A stretch of 64,000 bases of DNA, taken from positions 88,288,001 to 88,352,000 of the forward strand of contig OX597819.1 in assembly GCA_951406725.2 (NCBI GenBank). The letters run 5' to 3'. The number at the start of each line of letters is the position of its first letter. Within the stretch, counting starts at the first letter, position 1. The stretch comes from Octopus vulgaris (taxonomy: Eukaryota). The notes under the pieces were generated by a model. The model saw only the letters and a program-made list of their open reading frames with translations, did no database searches and was not told where the DNA came from. The position numbers and the translations under genes were made by a program. Below, piece by piece: positions 1 through 12,725 of the stretch.

Positions 1-312
1 TTCTTAGCATAAGCCTCAGGCAAAATAACCATCACAGTGTGTGAGAAGGCCGGTTGGCCCATTTGAAATACAGCTAGCGTCCTTATGACAGACTTTCGCA
101 CAATACTGTGCGAAAATAAATCATATCATTCACGTGGCTTAAATCGACACTAGTTGTTACGTAGATTTTTTTTCTAAATCATGGAATCTCTGGTTTAAGT
201 CCACTGTAGGGTATCTTTAGGAAATAACTTTACTTATTGTCACTACTAAATTGAAGGTTTATGAATGATACGAAATAGAGGGAAACTGTTTGAAGTGGCT
301 ACATATAAATAT

Positions 313-365
<53 letters not shown>

Positions 366-1154
366 GATAAATATCAAAGTGAGTTATATACAGTAGCGGT
401 AACACATCGTGACGTATATTTGCCATTTCAATATGGCTACCCCTAAGGGTGGATGCTACAGAAAGTGTGTCTATGGCCACATATATATATATAAAGCATA
501 GATATGTATATATGTTGATGGGTGACTGTGGACTCGCTCGCGACCGAGGAAGATCATCACTCACCATTACCCAAGCAAAATGCCAGCAATGCCTATGCTT
601 GAGGTTCACCCGGTGTTCGCTCCCGCGGTTTCCATGCTCACCGCGGTGCCCACCTACTCGATCGGGCACTGGAAAGTTGCTTTATCGGCGATGGCAAAAC
701 CTTAAATTTTACGCCCAATAAGGCTTGCACAACACCTTACAGGTACTCTCCACGGTGATGATATAATCCAGAGACAAGCTAGAGCAATATATCCAGTGCC
801 AATATGGGTCATAGTCTCAGGAATGTATATTACATGATCTCAGGCACAAGCGAAAGATCCTCAAAATGTCCAATGCCTTTACCTGCCTATCAGGTTTTGC
901 ATGGGAGTGACCTCCTAGAGACATGCTTTAACAAAAGCCGAGAGGTGACTCACTTGCAGTGATCCTCCAGTACACTGGATACCATCCCAGAATATCTGAA
1001 GATCGGTGCTATGGTGACATAGTCGTTGAACTGACACTAGGTCCATCCGTCTTTTTGAAAGGTCATGTTTTTAGTCCTACTGGTTTGTACGAGTGTCGGG
1101 GCTTCATGTTAACAATAGCACGCATGAGAGAGCTCACCAGCAACCTGACACAAT

Positions 1155-1383
1155 ATGTGTGTGTGTGCGTATGCGCGCGCGCGCGCGCGTGTGTGTGTGT
1201 GAAAGCACATCTGGGCATGGTAAAATGTCTCCTTACTTGGAAACAGGTGATGGTTGGTGACATGAAGGGCATCCAGCCGTACCTGTCTGATACATCGGAA
1301 GATGGAAAAGTAGATATTTCATATACATATAAAGATACATTCATGCATACATACATACATACATACATACATACATACATACA

Positions 1384-1419
<36 letters not shown>

Positions 1420-1421
1420 TA

Positions 1422-1466
<45 letters not shown>

Positions 1467-1509
1467 TTGTGTGTGTATGTATATATATATATATATGTAG
1501 ATATATATA

Positions 1510-1560
<51 letters not shown>

Positions 1561-2020
1561 CGTGGACGATAACATTTTCAACCGAGACATTACAACCGAG
1601 TCTCATTGTTCAAGTGCTTTAATTCTGTGCATGTACATATATTCACTCGATTACTGACATTTATCAATGGTTTCTTTCATTGTTTTGATGCGCCATTTTC
1701 TACCATTAATAAATCTGTCAGCATTGCCGACAAGACGTATATGATAATATATATATATATATATGTTTGTGTGTGTACACATTCATACATACTTACATGG
1801 ACATACTTATATATGTATATTATGTATCTGTGCGTATAAACAGACAGATACATATATATGAACACACACATATGTATATATATATATACACACACATATA
1901 TATACATATTTTTCTGTCTGTAGGTCTTTCTTTCTCTCCCTTTCTCTTTTTCCCTTTATCCCCCTCTCTCTCTCCCTCTGTCTCTTCTCTTTCTCTCTAC
2001 TCTCTCTCTCTCTCTCTCTA

Positions 2021-2079
<59 letters not shown>

Positions 2080-2080
2080 C

Positions 2081-2115
<35 letters not shown>

Positions 2116-2121
2116 GATATC

Positions 2122-2183
<62 letters not shown>

Positions 2184-2734
2184 TCATAAGCTTGTCATGG
2201 CACGTCTTCATTCATCCAAGAGGCAAAAAGAAAACAAAACAAAAACAAACAAAAAGAAACGATCGTTTATCACAAAAGTGGTCAATAAATAATTCAAATC
2301 AATTAAATAAGTTTGAGCTCTCACAACGTCCATGAAGAAGAGTGGAACGGAAATTGAAGAATCTTTGAATATAGCATACTAGGGTATGTGTGTGTGTGTG
2401 TGTATTTGTATACATACATATGTATATATATACATATATAACATACATATACATATATATGTAAACATATACATATACATATATGTATATATATACATAC
2501 TCACACACACACACATATATACACACATACATATATATATACATATATATATATTTATATATATGTATGTATATTCGTGTGTATGTGTATGTATGTGAAC
2601 ATGATTTGTGTGTCAAAAGTTTATATAATCGATTGACTGACGAGTGTCTTCTATCTAATTTGCATTTAAAACGAGCGTAATAAAGGTATGTGTGTGTGTG
2701 GATGGGTTGGTGTGTTTGGATGCATATGTATACG

Positions 2735-2766
<32 letters not shown>

Positions 2767-2808
2767 AGCATATAAAACAAGATAGATAGGTAGGTAGATA
2801 GATAGATA

Positions 2809-2876
<68 letters not shown>

Positions 2877-3075
2877 TATATATATGTGTGTGTCTCCATG
2901 CACATATATATATATATCTATGTGTGCGTATGTGTATATATATATATACATATACGTATGTATATACATATATATTTATGCATGTATATAAATGTGTGTA
3001 TGTATATGTGTGTATGCATATGTGTGTATGTGTCTTCCTCTGTGTGTGTATGTGTGTGTGAGTGTAAAACAAAAT
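1155..3075. repeat. Compound microsatellite region: (AT)n, (ATAC)n, (GT)n, (CT)n, (AGAT)n
   Basis: Runs directly visible; they account for all [12 protein letters not shown] ORFs here. Confidence 0.95.
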
Positions 3076-3269
3076 AATAAAAACAAAAACAAAGAGAAAT
3101 GCCAAAATAGCTGCAGCAAAAACAACAACAATAACAACACCTATCTGAAAGTAATATAAAGTGAAACAAAATAATTAAAAAAAAAACCTCCAGGAAACCT
3201 ATTTACTTTTGCAATCTTTTTCTGATGTACAACCCATGAAACATGGTGAATTATAACCCTAGTCTTTCC

Positions 3270-3556
3270 ACACCATCATCAACCATCAGCTGCGCCATCT
3301 TTAAGCAGCAACATCATTAGCAGCAGCAGCAGCAGCAGCAGTAGCGACAGCAGCAGTAGGGTTACATCATACATGAGCAGCTCTTCGAACACAACAAAAC
3401 ACAACTTTTGTTGCACTATCACCAACTGGCGCTTCTTATGTCAGCCATCATCTTCACCGCTTTTTTTCCTGTCTTTGCCACATCATCCACATTCTCTCTC
3501 TCTCTCTCTCCCTCTCTCTCTCTTCATCGACAGCATCAGCCCCCATCATCACGACC

Positions 3557-3597
<41 letters not shown>

Positions 3598-4085
3598 CAC
3601 AATTACTGCCGCTGCTGTTGTCATCGTTATCATCATCATCATCATCACAGTCATCACCGTCATCATCATCATCATCATCATCACCGTCATCATCATCATC
3701 ATCATCATCACCGTCGTCGTCGTTGTCATCATCATTTACTATGCCGTCCTTATCACGAACATTCATAGCCACCACCAACACCACCACCACCAACAACAAC
3801 AACAACATCACTGCTCTACTTTGCAGCAGCATCCAACAACACTTTCCATCGCACTGTAACTAAAGCAAAAATTTAAAACAATTACTAAACCAACACCTGC
3901 ATCAACCACACAACCACATACCACACCACACCACACCACACCACTCCACTCCGAACCACGCAGCACCTCACCACCACCATCATCACAACAACTATCACCA
4001 CCACTATAAACATTGTCAGTGCCATTATTATTACATAACCTGAAGCTAAACAACTACCGCCGCCACCACCAACAACAACAACAGC
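3270..4085. repeat. Degenerate trinucleotide repeats (CAG, CAT, TAC, CAC, AAC)
   Basis: Visible runs such as cagcagcag, catcatcat, tactactac. Confidence 0.9.
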
Positions 4086-4087
4086 AG

Positions 4088-4295
4088 TGGAGGCGCAATG
4101 GCCTAGTCGTTAGGGCAGCGGACTCGCGGTCGTAAGAAGGTTTCGATTCCCAGACCGGGCATTGTGAGTGTTTATTGAGCAAAAACACCCAAGCTCCACG
4201 AGGCTCCGGCGGGGTGAAGTGGAGGGTGAACCCCGCTGTACTCTTTCACCACAACTTTCTCTCACTCTTTCTTCCTACTTCTGCCACAAAGCAGA
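4088..4295 (+). mobile_element. tRNA-derived SINE, partial
   Basis: Head ggaggcgcaaTGGCCTAGTCGttagg...GGTTTCGATTCCc (A- and B-box-like), followed by ttgagcaaaaacac CORE-like sequence. Confidence 0.65.
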
Positions 4296-4299
4296 GGAA

Positions 4300-4367
4300 C
4301 TATGGTGTAAGCCACTATGGTGTAAGCCACTATGGTGTAAGCCATTATGGTGTAAGCCACTATGGTG
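4300..4367. repeat. 15-bp minisatellite (ctatggtgtaagcca), about 4.5 copies
   Basis: Direct tandem copies. Confidence 0.9.
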
Positions 4368-4611
4368 GGATAAACTTTCAGACCCTAGTCTAGATTGCGA
4401 ATCCTCTGTACCCCAGGATGGTTCAGCTCTCCACCCGTTAAAAGCCATCGTTTACGGAATGAGGATAACAACGTTGCTTTCGTGTCCGTGCAACCGCCAG
4501 TCTATCGCGTGTGGTGGGTGGATCTTCAAGTTGCCACACACATTCTTAGTAGCTTAGAGTAGGCTCGAAATAGAGATTATTCTTTGTGGCTAATGGCGTG
4601 AGTCCTGATTG

Positions 4612-4860
4612 GAAGAAGAAGAAGAAGAAGAAGAAGAAGAAGAAGAAGAAGAAGAAGAAGAAGAAGAAGAAGAAGAAGAAGAAGAAGGAGGAGGAGGAGG
4701 AGGAGAAGAAGAAGAAGAAGAAGAAGAAGAAGGAGGAGGAGGAGAAGAAGAAGAAGAAGAAAAGGAAGAAGAAAACGAAGAAGAAGAAGAAGACAGCAAC
4801 AGCAACAACAATAACAATGACAACAACAGCAAGACCAACAACAACAGCAATAACAACACC
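4612..4860. repeat. (GAA)n/(GGA)n microsatellite followed by (AAC)n-like repeat
   Basis: Directly visible. Confidence 0.95.
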
Positions 4861-5220
4861 ACGATCCATTTTTAAAGAGCTTCTCTATGTGATTGCTCGA
4901 CATGCAAGAAATATCAGCCAAATCTTCAAATCAAACCCCAGTATCTTAGAAGAAGGCTAAGTTAGATAATGCGATTGCTGGTTGTTGATTCATTGCAGCG
5001 AAAAAGATGAGATGGTCACAGCTGGAATGCTTTTCATCATGGATATCGGCTCAAATCAGGACTGGGCTTGTGAGAGAAGGATAGGCGGTTTTCAGAGCCA
5101 CAGCAATAACAATAACATTAGCAAACAACATTACCTTTAATGACCATACCGGCAAACACAGGTGTCACTTCTAAGAACACAAACCGCCACCGTCGCCGTG
5201 CCGTCACCGCCGCCGCCGCC

Positions 5221-5310
5221 GCCACACCGTCTCCGCCACACCGTCTCCGCCACACCGTCGCCGCCACACCGTCGCCGCCACACCGTCGCCGCCACACCGT
5301 CGCCGCCACC
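5221..5310. repeat. 14-bp minisatellite gccacaccgtc(t/g)cc, 6 copies, within CCG/CCA-rich DNA
   Basis: Two tcc-variant units then four gcc-variant units. Confidence 0.9.
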
Positions 5311-6119
5311 ACCATCACAACCACCACCACCACCACCACCACTAATACCACCTTCTCCACCAATACCGCCATCAGAACCACCCCCACCCCCACCATTACC
5401 ACCAGCACCACCACCTTTATTATTACCATCACCATTAACCCTCACCGCTATCATTATTAATATCCTCCCCACCTGCACCACTTGTAACACCATGACAATC
5501 ATCACCATGACAACCACGATCACTCTGAACCCGAAACAACTTAGTTACAAAGTTAGTTTCTTGATGGTTCGACCACTCACTCACTAATTCACTCACTCAC
5601 TCACTCACTCACTCACTCACTCACTCACACACACACAAACATACGTACTCACATACACTCACACACACATATAAAACAGAAGGGACAGTCGTGGCAGGAA
5701 TGCCGTTGATCATAAGTCTGCTCGGTCAGCTTAAGCTCTGAACGAGCAGACATTATAATTAAAAGTGTTCCTTTCTGACTACAAACAACATCGACAACAC
5801 GATTAACACCGACCAGGCAGTAAACCCCAACAACATCGACCGGCAACAGCCCCACCACCATCACTCTCACCATCACCATTATCATCATCACCACCACTAC
5901 CACCACTGCAAACTATTAGTGGCTCTACCAACAACCCATCATCACTATAGAGTTCGCTTTTTTTTCTCTTGGCTGTCTATCTAGTAAAGAATCCAGCTGC
6001 TTTTTCTGTCTCATACACCCTGTATACCAATTAATTACTGTAAGAAAGTTAACAAACAACAATAATTGACAAACAAAATACTATCAAAACAAAATGAGGA
6101 AAAGTTTTTTAAAAATGGG

Positions 6120-6196
<77 letters not shown>

Positions 6197-6357
6197 AAGA
6201 TGGAAAGAAGGAAAAATGTAGGAGGGAGGGAGGAAAAAAGAAAAATGTCTTCTCTATTAAACGTGGAGAATATTTAAAGCAATGAAGCAAGTGTAGTGTT
6301 TCGGAAAGGAAACCTATTCACTGGAAATTAAATAAACGATAAATACTCACGCACACG

Positions 6358-6463
<106 letters not shown>

Positions 6464-6771
6464 CTTACACACACACACACACACACACACGCAATACACA
6501 CAAATACGCACACACATACACATACATACACGAACACAAGTGTATGTGTTAATACGCGTGCACGTGTCTGTGAATGTGTACGTGTGTGTGTGTATGTATG
6601 TATGTTTGTGCTTAAATGTGTATTTTTGTGCTTTTATTATAAATGTATGTGTATATTAAAAAAAAAAGAGTTGAATATAATCGAGTATTTAAACACATAT
6701 CTAAAAGAAAAGCTATTTGCCATTATCTATCCATCTATCATGAGGTTTCTGTCTGTCTGTCTCTGTCTGAT

Positions 6772-6887
<116 letters not shown>

Positions 6888-6927
6888 TGCATATATATAA
6901 CATTTGATGTATATATATTCATATATG

Positions 6928-6966
<39 letters not shown>

Positions 6967-8349
6967 AGTCATATGTGTGTATGTGTTTGTGTAATATACA
7001 TCGTACATACAAACTATATACACGCACATAGCCACACATAGATATTTACATATACATATACACGCACGCACAAACTCATGAACACGCACATATACACACG
7101 CACATACATACATACATACATACATACATACATACATACATACATACATACATACATACATACATACATACATACATACATACATACATACTTATGTTTG
7201 TATGCATATATATTACATCAAAGTGAGTTAGTAGTAAAACAGAGCAAGGAAGCAAGTGGGGAAAAAAACCCCCAAAAAAACTAATTATTTGGTAAATCAA
7301 TTTATAAAATGTGATAAATACTCTATCTGTTTATATTTATATTTTTTAGTGTTTCCATTTTATTTGTCTGTGTGTGTGTGTTTTGTTTTGTCTTGTCTTT
7401 TCATCTATTTTTATTTTATCTTCTCGCGTTGAAAATTGCAGAAAACAAAAGACCATGTTTCATCGATAATACCTACTTAATCTGTTATTACCTTCACTCC
7501 TCCTCATAACTTTTATCATTGACAAATTAAACAATGATGCCTTCTTTGTGGTCGACTCGTTCAACTTCATAGTCGTCCGAAGCGAGGACGAAGTACGTTG
7601 GTCACCGTAGTTTTACCTATTTCCTCCCGCCGTCAGATCGCCGTCTACGCCTCAGCATCTTCTAAGTCAGGCTGACGCTGGAATGATGACCTTCTTGTGG
7701 TCATGCAACTTCATAGTCGTCCGAAACGAGAACGAAGTGCGATGGTCACCATAGTCTTACCTGCTCCCTTCCGCAGCCAGCGCGCCGCCTACGCCAACGC
7801 AGGAACAAGGATGACAAGCCGCGTTTTCGACGACCGAATCGAGCACGAAGCAGCGGGTACCAGTTAAAATAGTTAGAGTGAGTGCCACACAAAGGCCTTG
7901 AATTTGCTGTTCCTTGCCCTCGCTTCCTTGATCCCTATACCTGTACAGGCTTATATAGAAGACACAAAAGTACCTCCCCAATAAAAGCGTCTCTTGGGGT
8001 GGACTGCTCCCATCGCCACCCCCATTCTTGCTGTTCTACTGGCGGGTATCTAACGGGGCCCACAAGACTGGTCCGTTTGTATTTTCACCGGATGATGAGG
8101 ATGTGCGTCTCGATAACGGAAGTTACATACAGCCACCCTCCTCATAAAACCCTACCCACTGTCTTAGAAAGGAACGACTATATAGGTGCAAGCATGGCTA
8201 TGTGAATAAGAAGTACACTTCGCAGTTACGTGTTGTCGGGTTCGTCTCCACTGCGTAGGATCTTGGGTACATGTTTTCTGCTGTAACTTCGTCTGGTCAA
8301 TGCCTTTTGAGTGAAACTGGGCGTTAGCTGATCATATATATATACTAGA

Positions 8350-10070
8350 AAATAAGGAAACGAAGAAAAAAAACCAAGTCGGAAAACAGGTAAAGAACAG
8401 ACAGAGAGCAGACGAAGAAAATACCGAGACCAAGAATAAATCTGGAGCTGAACAAAAAGGACTGAAAACAGACGAAGAAAAGAGTGAAACCTAGATTAAG
8501 AAAAATTGTGACCGGGACCGAAACCATACAAAGATTAGACCGGGTTCGAATCAAACCGAGACCAAGAAAAGGCCGACACGATGAACAAGATTAGGCTAAG
8601 AAAAGACAGAAATATGACTGAAACCATACCAGTAAGAAAACTGAGATGGGAGCAAGAGAAATAAAACGGAAGGAGACCAGGAAAAAAGTTGGAGAACGAG
8701 TAAACAAAAGCTCAGATGAAAAAGACCGAAATGAGACCAAGAAAAGTCTGATAAGACTAAAAGACATAAAGCAGACGAGGAAAAAAGCGATATCAGACAG
8801 AGAAAAGGCCTAGACCTAAAAAAAAAAAACGCCAAGAAATAACTTAGAAGGGACCAACGTCAAGAGCACCCCAGCAATACGCCGAGACGAAGAAAAGACC
8901 TAAAGTAGCCAAATAAAAGATTGTAACAAAACCAAGACAAGGCGGAAACATACCCCAAAAAAGTTACGGCTAAGACCAATAAGAGATCACACCAATAAAA
9001 AAAAAAGAAAAAGAACAAGATAAGCACCAGGAGCGACCGAAATGAGACCATGAAGAGACCGAGACGAGAGCAAGAAAGACCGAAACCAAGGAAAGACGAA
9101 GATTGAAACCAAGCAAAGAAGAGACCGAGGTCAAGACAAGACCAATACAAAGCCAAGAAAATACCATGACCATGAAAAGAGTGACACCGAGATGAGACCA
9201 AAAAATGATCAAGACAAGACCCCCCACCAAAAAAAAAAATAGCGAAGATAGACCAAAGATCGAGACCACACCAAGAAAAGACCGAAAAGGGACAAAAAAA
9301 AATAGCAGCCATAAAAGTTGATACAAGAAGAAGGAAAGACCGAGATGAGACCGAAAAACAAAAAAACAGAGCTAGAAATAGACCGAGACGGAACGAAGAA
9401 TACATCCTGACCGGAAACAAAGAAAAGACCAATAACAAGAAGAAACCAGAGCAGACCAGGACCAAGAAAAGACCAAGAACAGTTTAAAGATTAAATGAAG
9501 TAAAAATTTAGACCAAATCTAGACAAAGGACAGATCGAGAAAGCAGTTAGACAAAGAAAAGACTAAGAATGAGATCATACAAAGAAAACTCCTAGAACAG
9601 ACCGAGACAAGATCCAGAAAAGATTAAGACTACACTGTTAACAAACTGAGATGAAGCAAGAAAAAACTGAAATGAGACCATGACGAGACTAAGACAAGGT
9701 AAAGAAACACTGAGACCAAGACCAGACGAAGAAGAAATAAAAGCTAAGACCGACACCAGGAAGAAACTGAGACCAGACCGAGGACAAACAAAGAAAATAC
9801 AGAGGTCAAGAAAACGCTAAGACTAGACGGAAAAAGACCAAGACGAGACACAGAAAACATTAAGACTATGTGGAAAAGACCAAGATAAGACCAAGAAAAG
9901 GCTGAGGCCAAGAAAAAAAACTGAGACAAAGACTAGATGAAGAAGGAAAGAACAACACTAAGAAAAGATCGAGAGCAGACCAAGAAGAGACCATGACCAA
10001 ACCAATGAAAGATTGCGACGAGTCAAAGAAAAGACCGAAATTAAAACCAGAAAAAGAAAAGACTAAAATA
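8350..10070. repeat. Purine-rich cryptic minisatellite, about 17-22 bp motif like agaccgagaccaagaaa
   Basis: Motif gaccgaga/gaccaaga recurs throughout; strong A/G skew on the + strand. Confidence 0.8.
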
Positions 10071-10079
10071 TTTCTGTTT

Positions 10080-10345
10080 TAAGTCTGATACTTATTCTAT
10101 CGGTTCTCATTTGCCGAACCACGTAATTACGGGAACGTAAACAATCCGATATTAGTTGTCAAGTCAGGCGCAACGACACACACATATATGTATGTGATGA
10201 GCTTCCACACAATTTCCCTATATCATTTTCACTCACAACGCGCTGCTCGTCCTGGGGCTATAGTTGATTGCACAAAGTAGTGCACAGTGGGATCGAAACT
10301 CAAACCGTGTGATTGTAAAGCGAGTTTCCGAACCACACATGCCTA
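10080..10345 (-). mobile_element. SINE family 1 (CORE-like), diverged copy
   Basis: Reverse complement matches the 47356-47766 element. Confidence 0.75.
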
Positions 10346-10954
10346 TGAAGTTTATGAATATAACAGGCCAGAGAGACGTTTTCACTACACTTGCTAAAAA
10401 CCCCTCTTCTTTTATGTGCCTTAGATTTCAGGCGCCGGCGATCATTGACCTCCATCTCTCTTGCTTCACATTTAATCAGTTATTCAACCGTCTTTTTTGT
10501 AGCCAATTGTAAGGCCATCGAATATCTCTTCTATTTTCTTGTCTTTCTATTTCCTACGGCTTTTTTTCTTTTCAGTTTTCCAGTTGTCACTTAGTATTCA
10601 AGGCTTTCTCTTTTTATATGATGTCCAATGAACTTCACCAGCTAGTTGTTAAAGAATTTGCTGGTGGTTTCTGTACGTCTAAAATATTTCGACCTTTTGT
10701 TACTCTGTCGTTTTGTATCTTCAGCATTCTTCTAAAGAACCACGTCTCTGCAGTATTGATAAGCTTTCACATTTGTCTGTCGATATTCCAGGTCATGTAA
10801 CCCTATGTAAGAATGTGTTGTATATATGTCCCTAGGATTTTTACACGCTAACAACAGCAGCAGCAGCAGCTGCTACTACTACTACTACTACAGTAGTAGC
10901 AGCAGTAGCAGCAACAGCGGCAACAGCAGCAACAGTAGTAACAATATAGAGATA

Positions 10955-11110
10955 AAGAGCTGGCGAAACTGTTAGCACGCGTTATTTCGTCCGTCTTTAC
11001 GTTCTGAGTTCAAATTCCACTGAGGTCGACTTTGTCTTTCATCCTTCGGGATCGATGTAATCGATTTACCCACTCCCCGAAATAGTTGGTTTTGTGTTAC
11101 AATTTGCAAT
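10955..11110 (+). mobile_element. SINE family 2 copy with probable target-site duplication
   Basis: gagctggcgaaactgttagcacg...gagttcaaattcc; flanked by caatata(g/a)agataaagag on both sides. Confidence 0.75.
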
Positions 11111-11857
11111 CAATATAAAGATAAAGAGTAAAAGTACCAACATGTTTCTATGTTGGTATTTCTAGCTCATGTTTCTATGTTGGTATCATCATGGTATTTC
11201 ATTTGGGCCGCATGAAATACCAATCAAATTTCCTTCAAATCCCATACCGCGGTGAAAAAAACCTAACCCTCTCTCAAATCGCACGCTACACAGTATTAAA
11301 AGAACAATATATTGAATTATATAAACTCAGATGTATTATATCTGAAACACGATAAGAAAAAAACAAACAAGAAACGGCTTGATCACGGTTGGAATGGTTT
11401 TGATCATAGGTCAGTTGCATTGAGATTAACCTGGAGGTCAAGCAACAATACATCAACTCAACAACAGACAAATAACCACGTGTTACAAGCTACAAGTACA
11501 TGTACAAAAGCTGTAAATAACTTCGAAGTTATTTTAAGACCAACATTTCTGTCAAAAGACTTCAAGAAATACCATTAATCCAGACTTTAAATAATTTGAA
11601 ACTAAACATTAGACACCGGAAACGTGATTTAAGTCCTAATCATTTCAATGAACGGGGTTAAATGAAATAATAAGTCAAATATTCCAATCTCTAAGATCTT
11701 CATTTATATTCAAAATATCGGTCTGACCATAAATATGATCGTGATATAACCATCTCCAAGCACTACGAATAAGAACAATAACTACGCCAACGCCACCGAC
11801 AGCAGCAACAACTTTGGAGTTACTAGAAATACCAGCCGAGCTGCCTTCAACTTACAA

Positions 11858-12092
11858 CCTATTTCTTTACTACCCACAAGGGGCTAAATACAGAGGGGAC
11901 AAACAAGGACAGACAAACGGATTAAGTCGATTATATTGATCCCAGTGTTTCACTGGTACTTAATTTATCGACCCCGAAAGGATGAAAGGCAAAGTCGACC
12001 TCGGCGGAATTTGAACTCAGAACGTAACGGCTGACGAAATACGGCTACGCATTTCGCCCGGCGTGCTAACGTTTCTGCCAGCTCGCCGCCTT
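11858..12092 (-). mobile_element. SINE family 2 (tRNA head, central gcctttcatcctttcggggtcgataaa domain), full monomer, tail A
   Basis: Reverse strand reads ggcggcgagctggcagaaacgttagcacg...gagttcaaattccgccgagg...taaagaaatagg. The central domain resembles the Meta-SINE domain as I recall it (tentative). Confidence 0.85.
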
Positions 12093-12725
12093 AACCAACT
12101 CGCCGCCTTTAGCCAGCTCGCCGCCTTTTGCCAGCTCGCCGCCTTTTGCCCGCCTTAAAAAAACGAAAAAGAATGTCACGGATAATGTAGTCTTGGGTAC
12201 ATTATGCCTGAATTAAAGACTGAGTACGCATATGTGGTAAATGTTTGATTAGAAGTCTGTTGAATGAAGACTGACCTGAGGATAAACAACAGTTGAGAGT
12301 CAATGAAAGATGTGGTTTGTGTGGTCATTCTGACCGCTAGAAACAGCAGCCGATTCTTTTTCAACTCATATTCTACCATTTTAAATCGAACTCTTGATAA
12401 AAGACATCGCAGACGAAGTTATCTTTAATTAAAAACAAACCGATATGGTCACAGGTGGAACATTTTTTATCAAGAACTTTTAATTTCGATCTTTGCTTAA
12501 CAAAGATAATTTAAAATCTTGTAGATTAAACCTAGCGGTCTTATCACTTTGGTTGTTAGCAAAGCTAGTCATTATCTAACTATACTGTCACCTACTTGTC
12601 CTGGTGCTCACTTGGCTTTTTTCCAGTTTACTGCAGTCTCGTTATCCTGATGCTGCCTAGTTGACTCTGCCCAGTTTTTTGCCTTTTAGTTGACCTTAAC
12701 CAGTTTACATCGACCCCAGTATTAA

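Noticed and set aside
4088-4160. tRNA-like sequence (also the heads at 25610, 37490 and 47356)
   Set aside because: No complete cloverleaf or acceptor stem; each continues into a SINE body
3373-5587. Poly-His, Ser, Glu, Lys and Pro ORFs suggesting low-complexity proteins
   Set aside because: Open in several frames on both strands because of trinucleotide repeats; no unique coding sequence
8860-9465. 201-aa hydrophobic ORF resembling a membrane protein
   Set aside because: Product of the T/C-rich strand of the cryptic minisatellite
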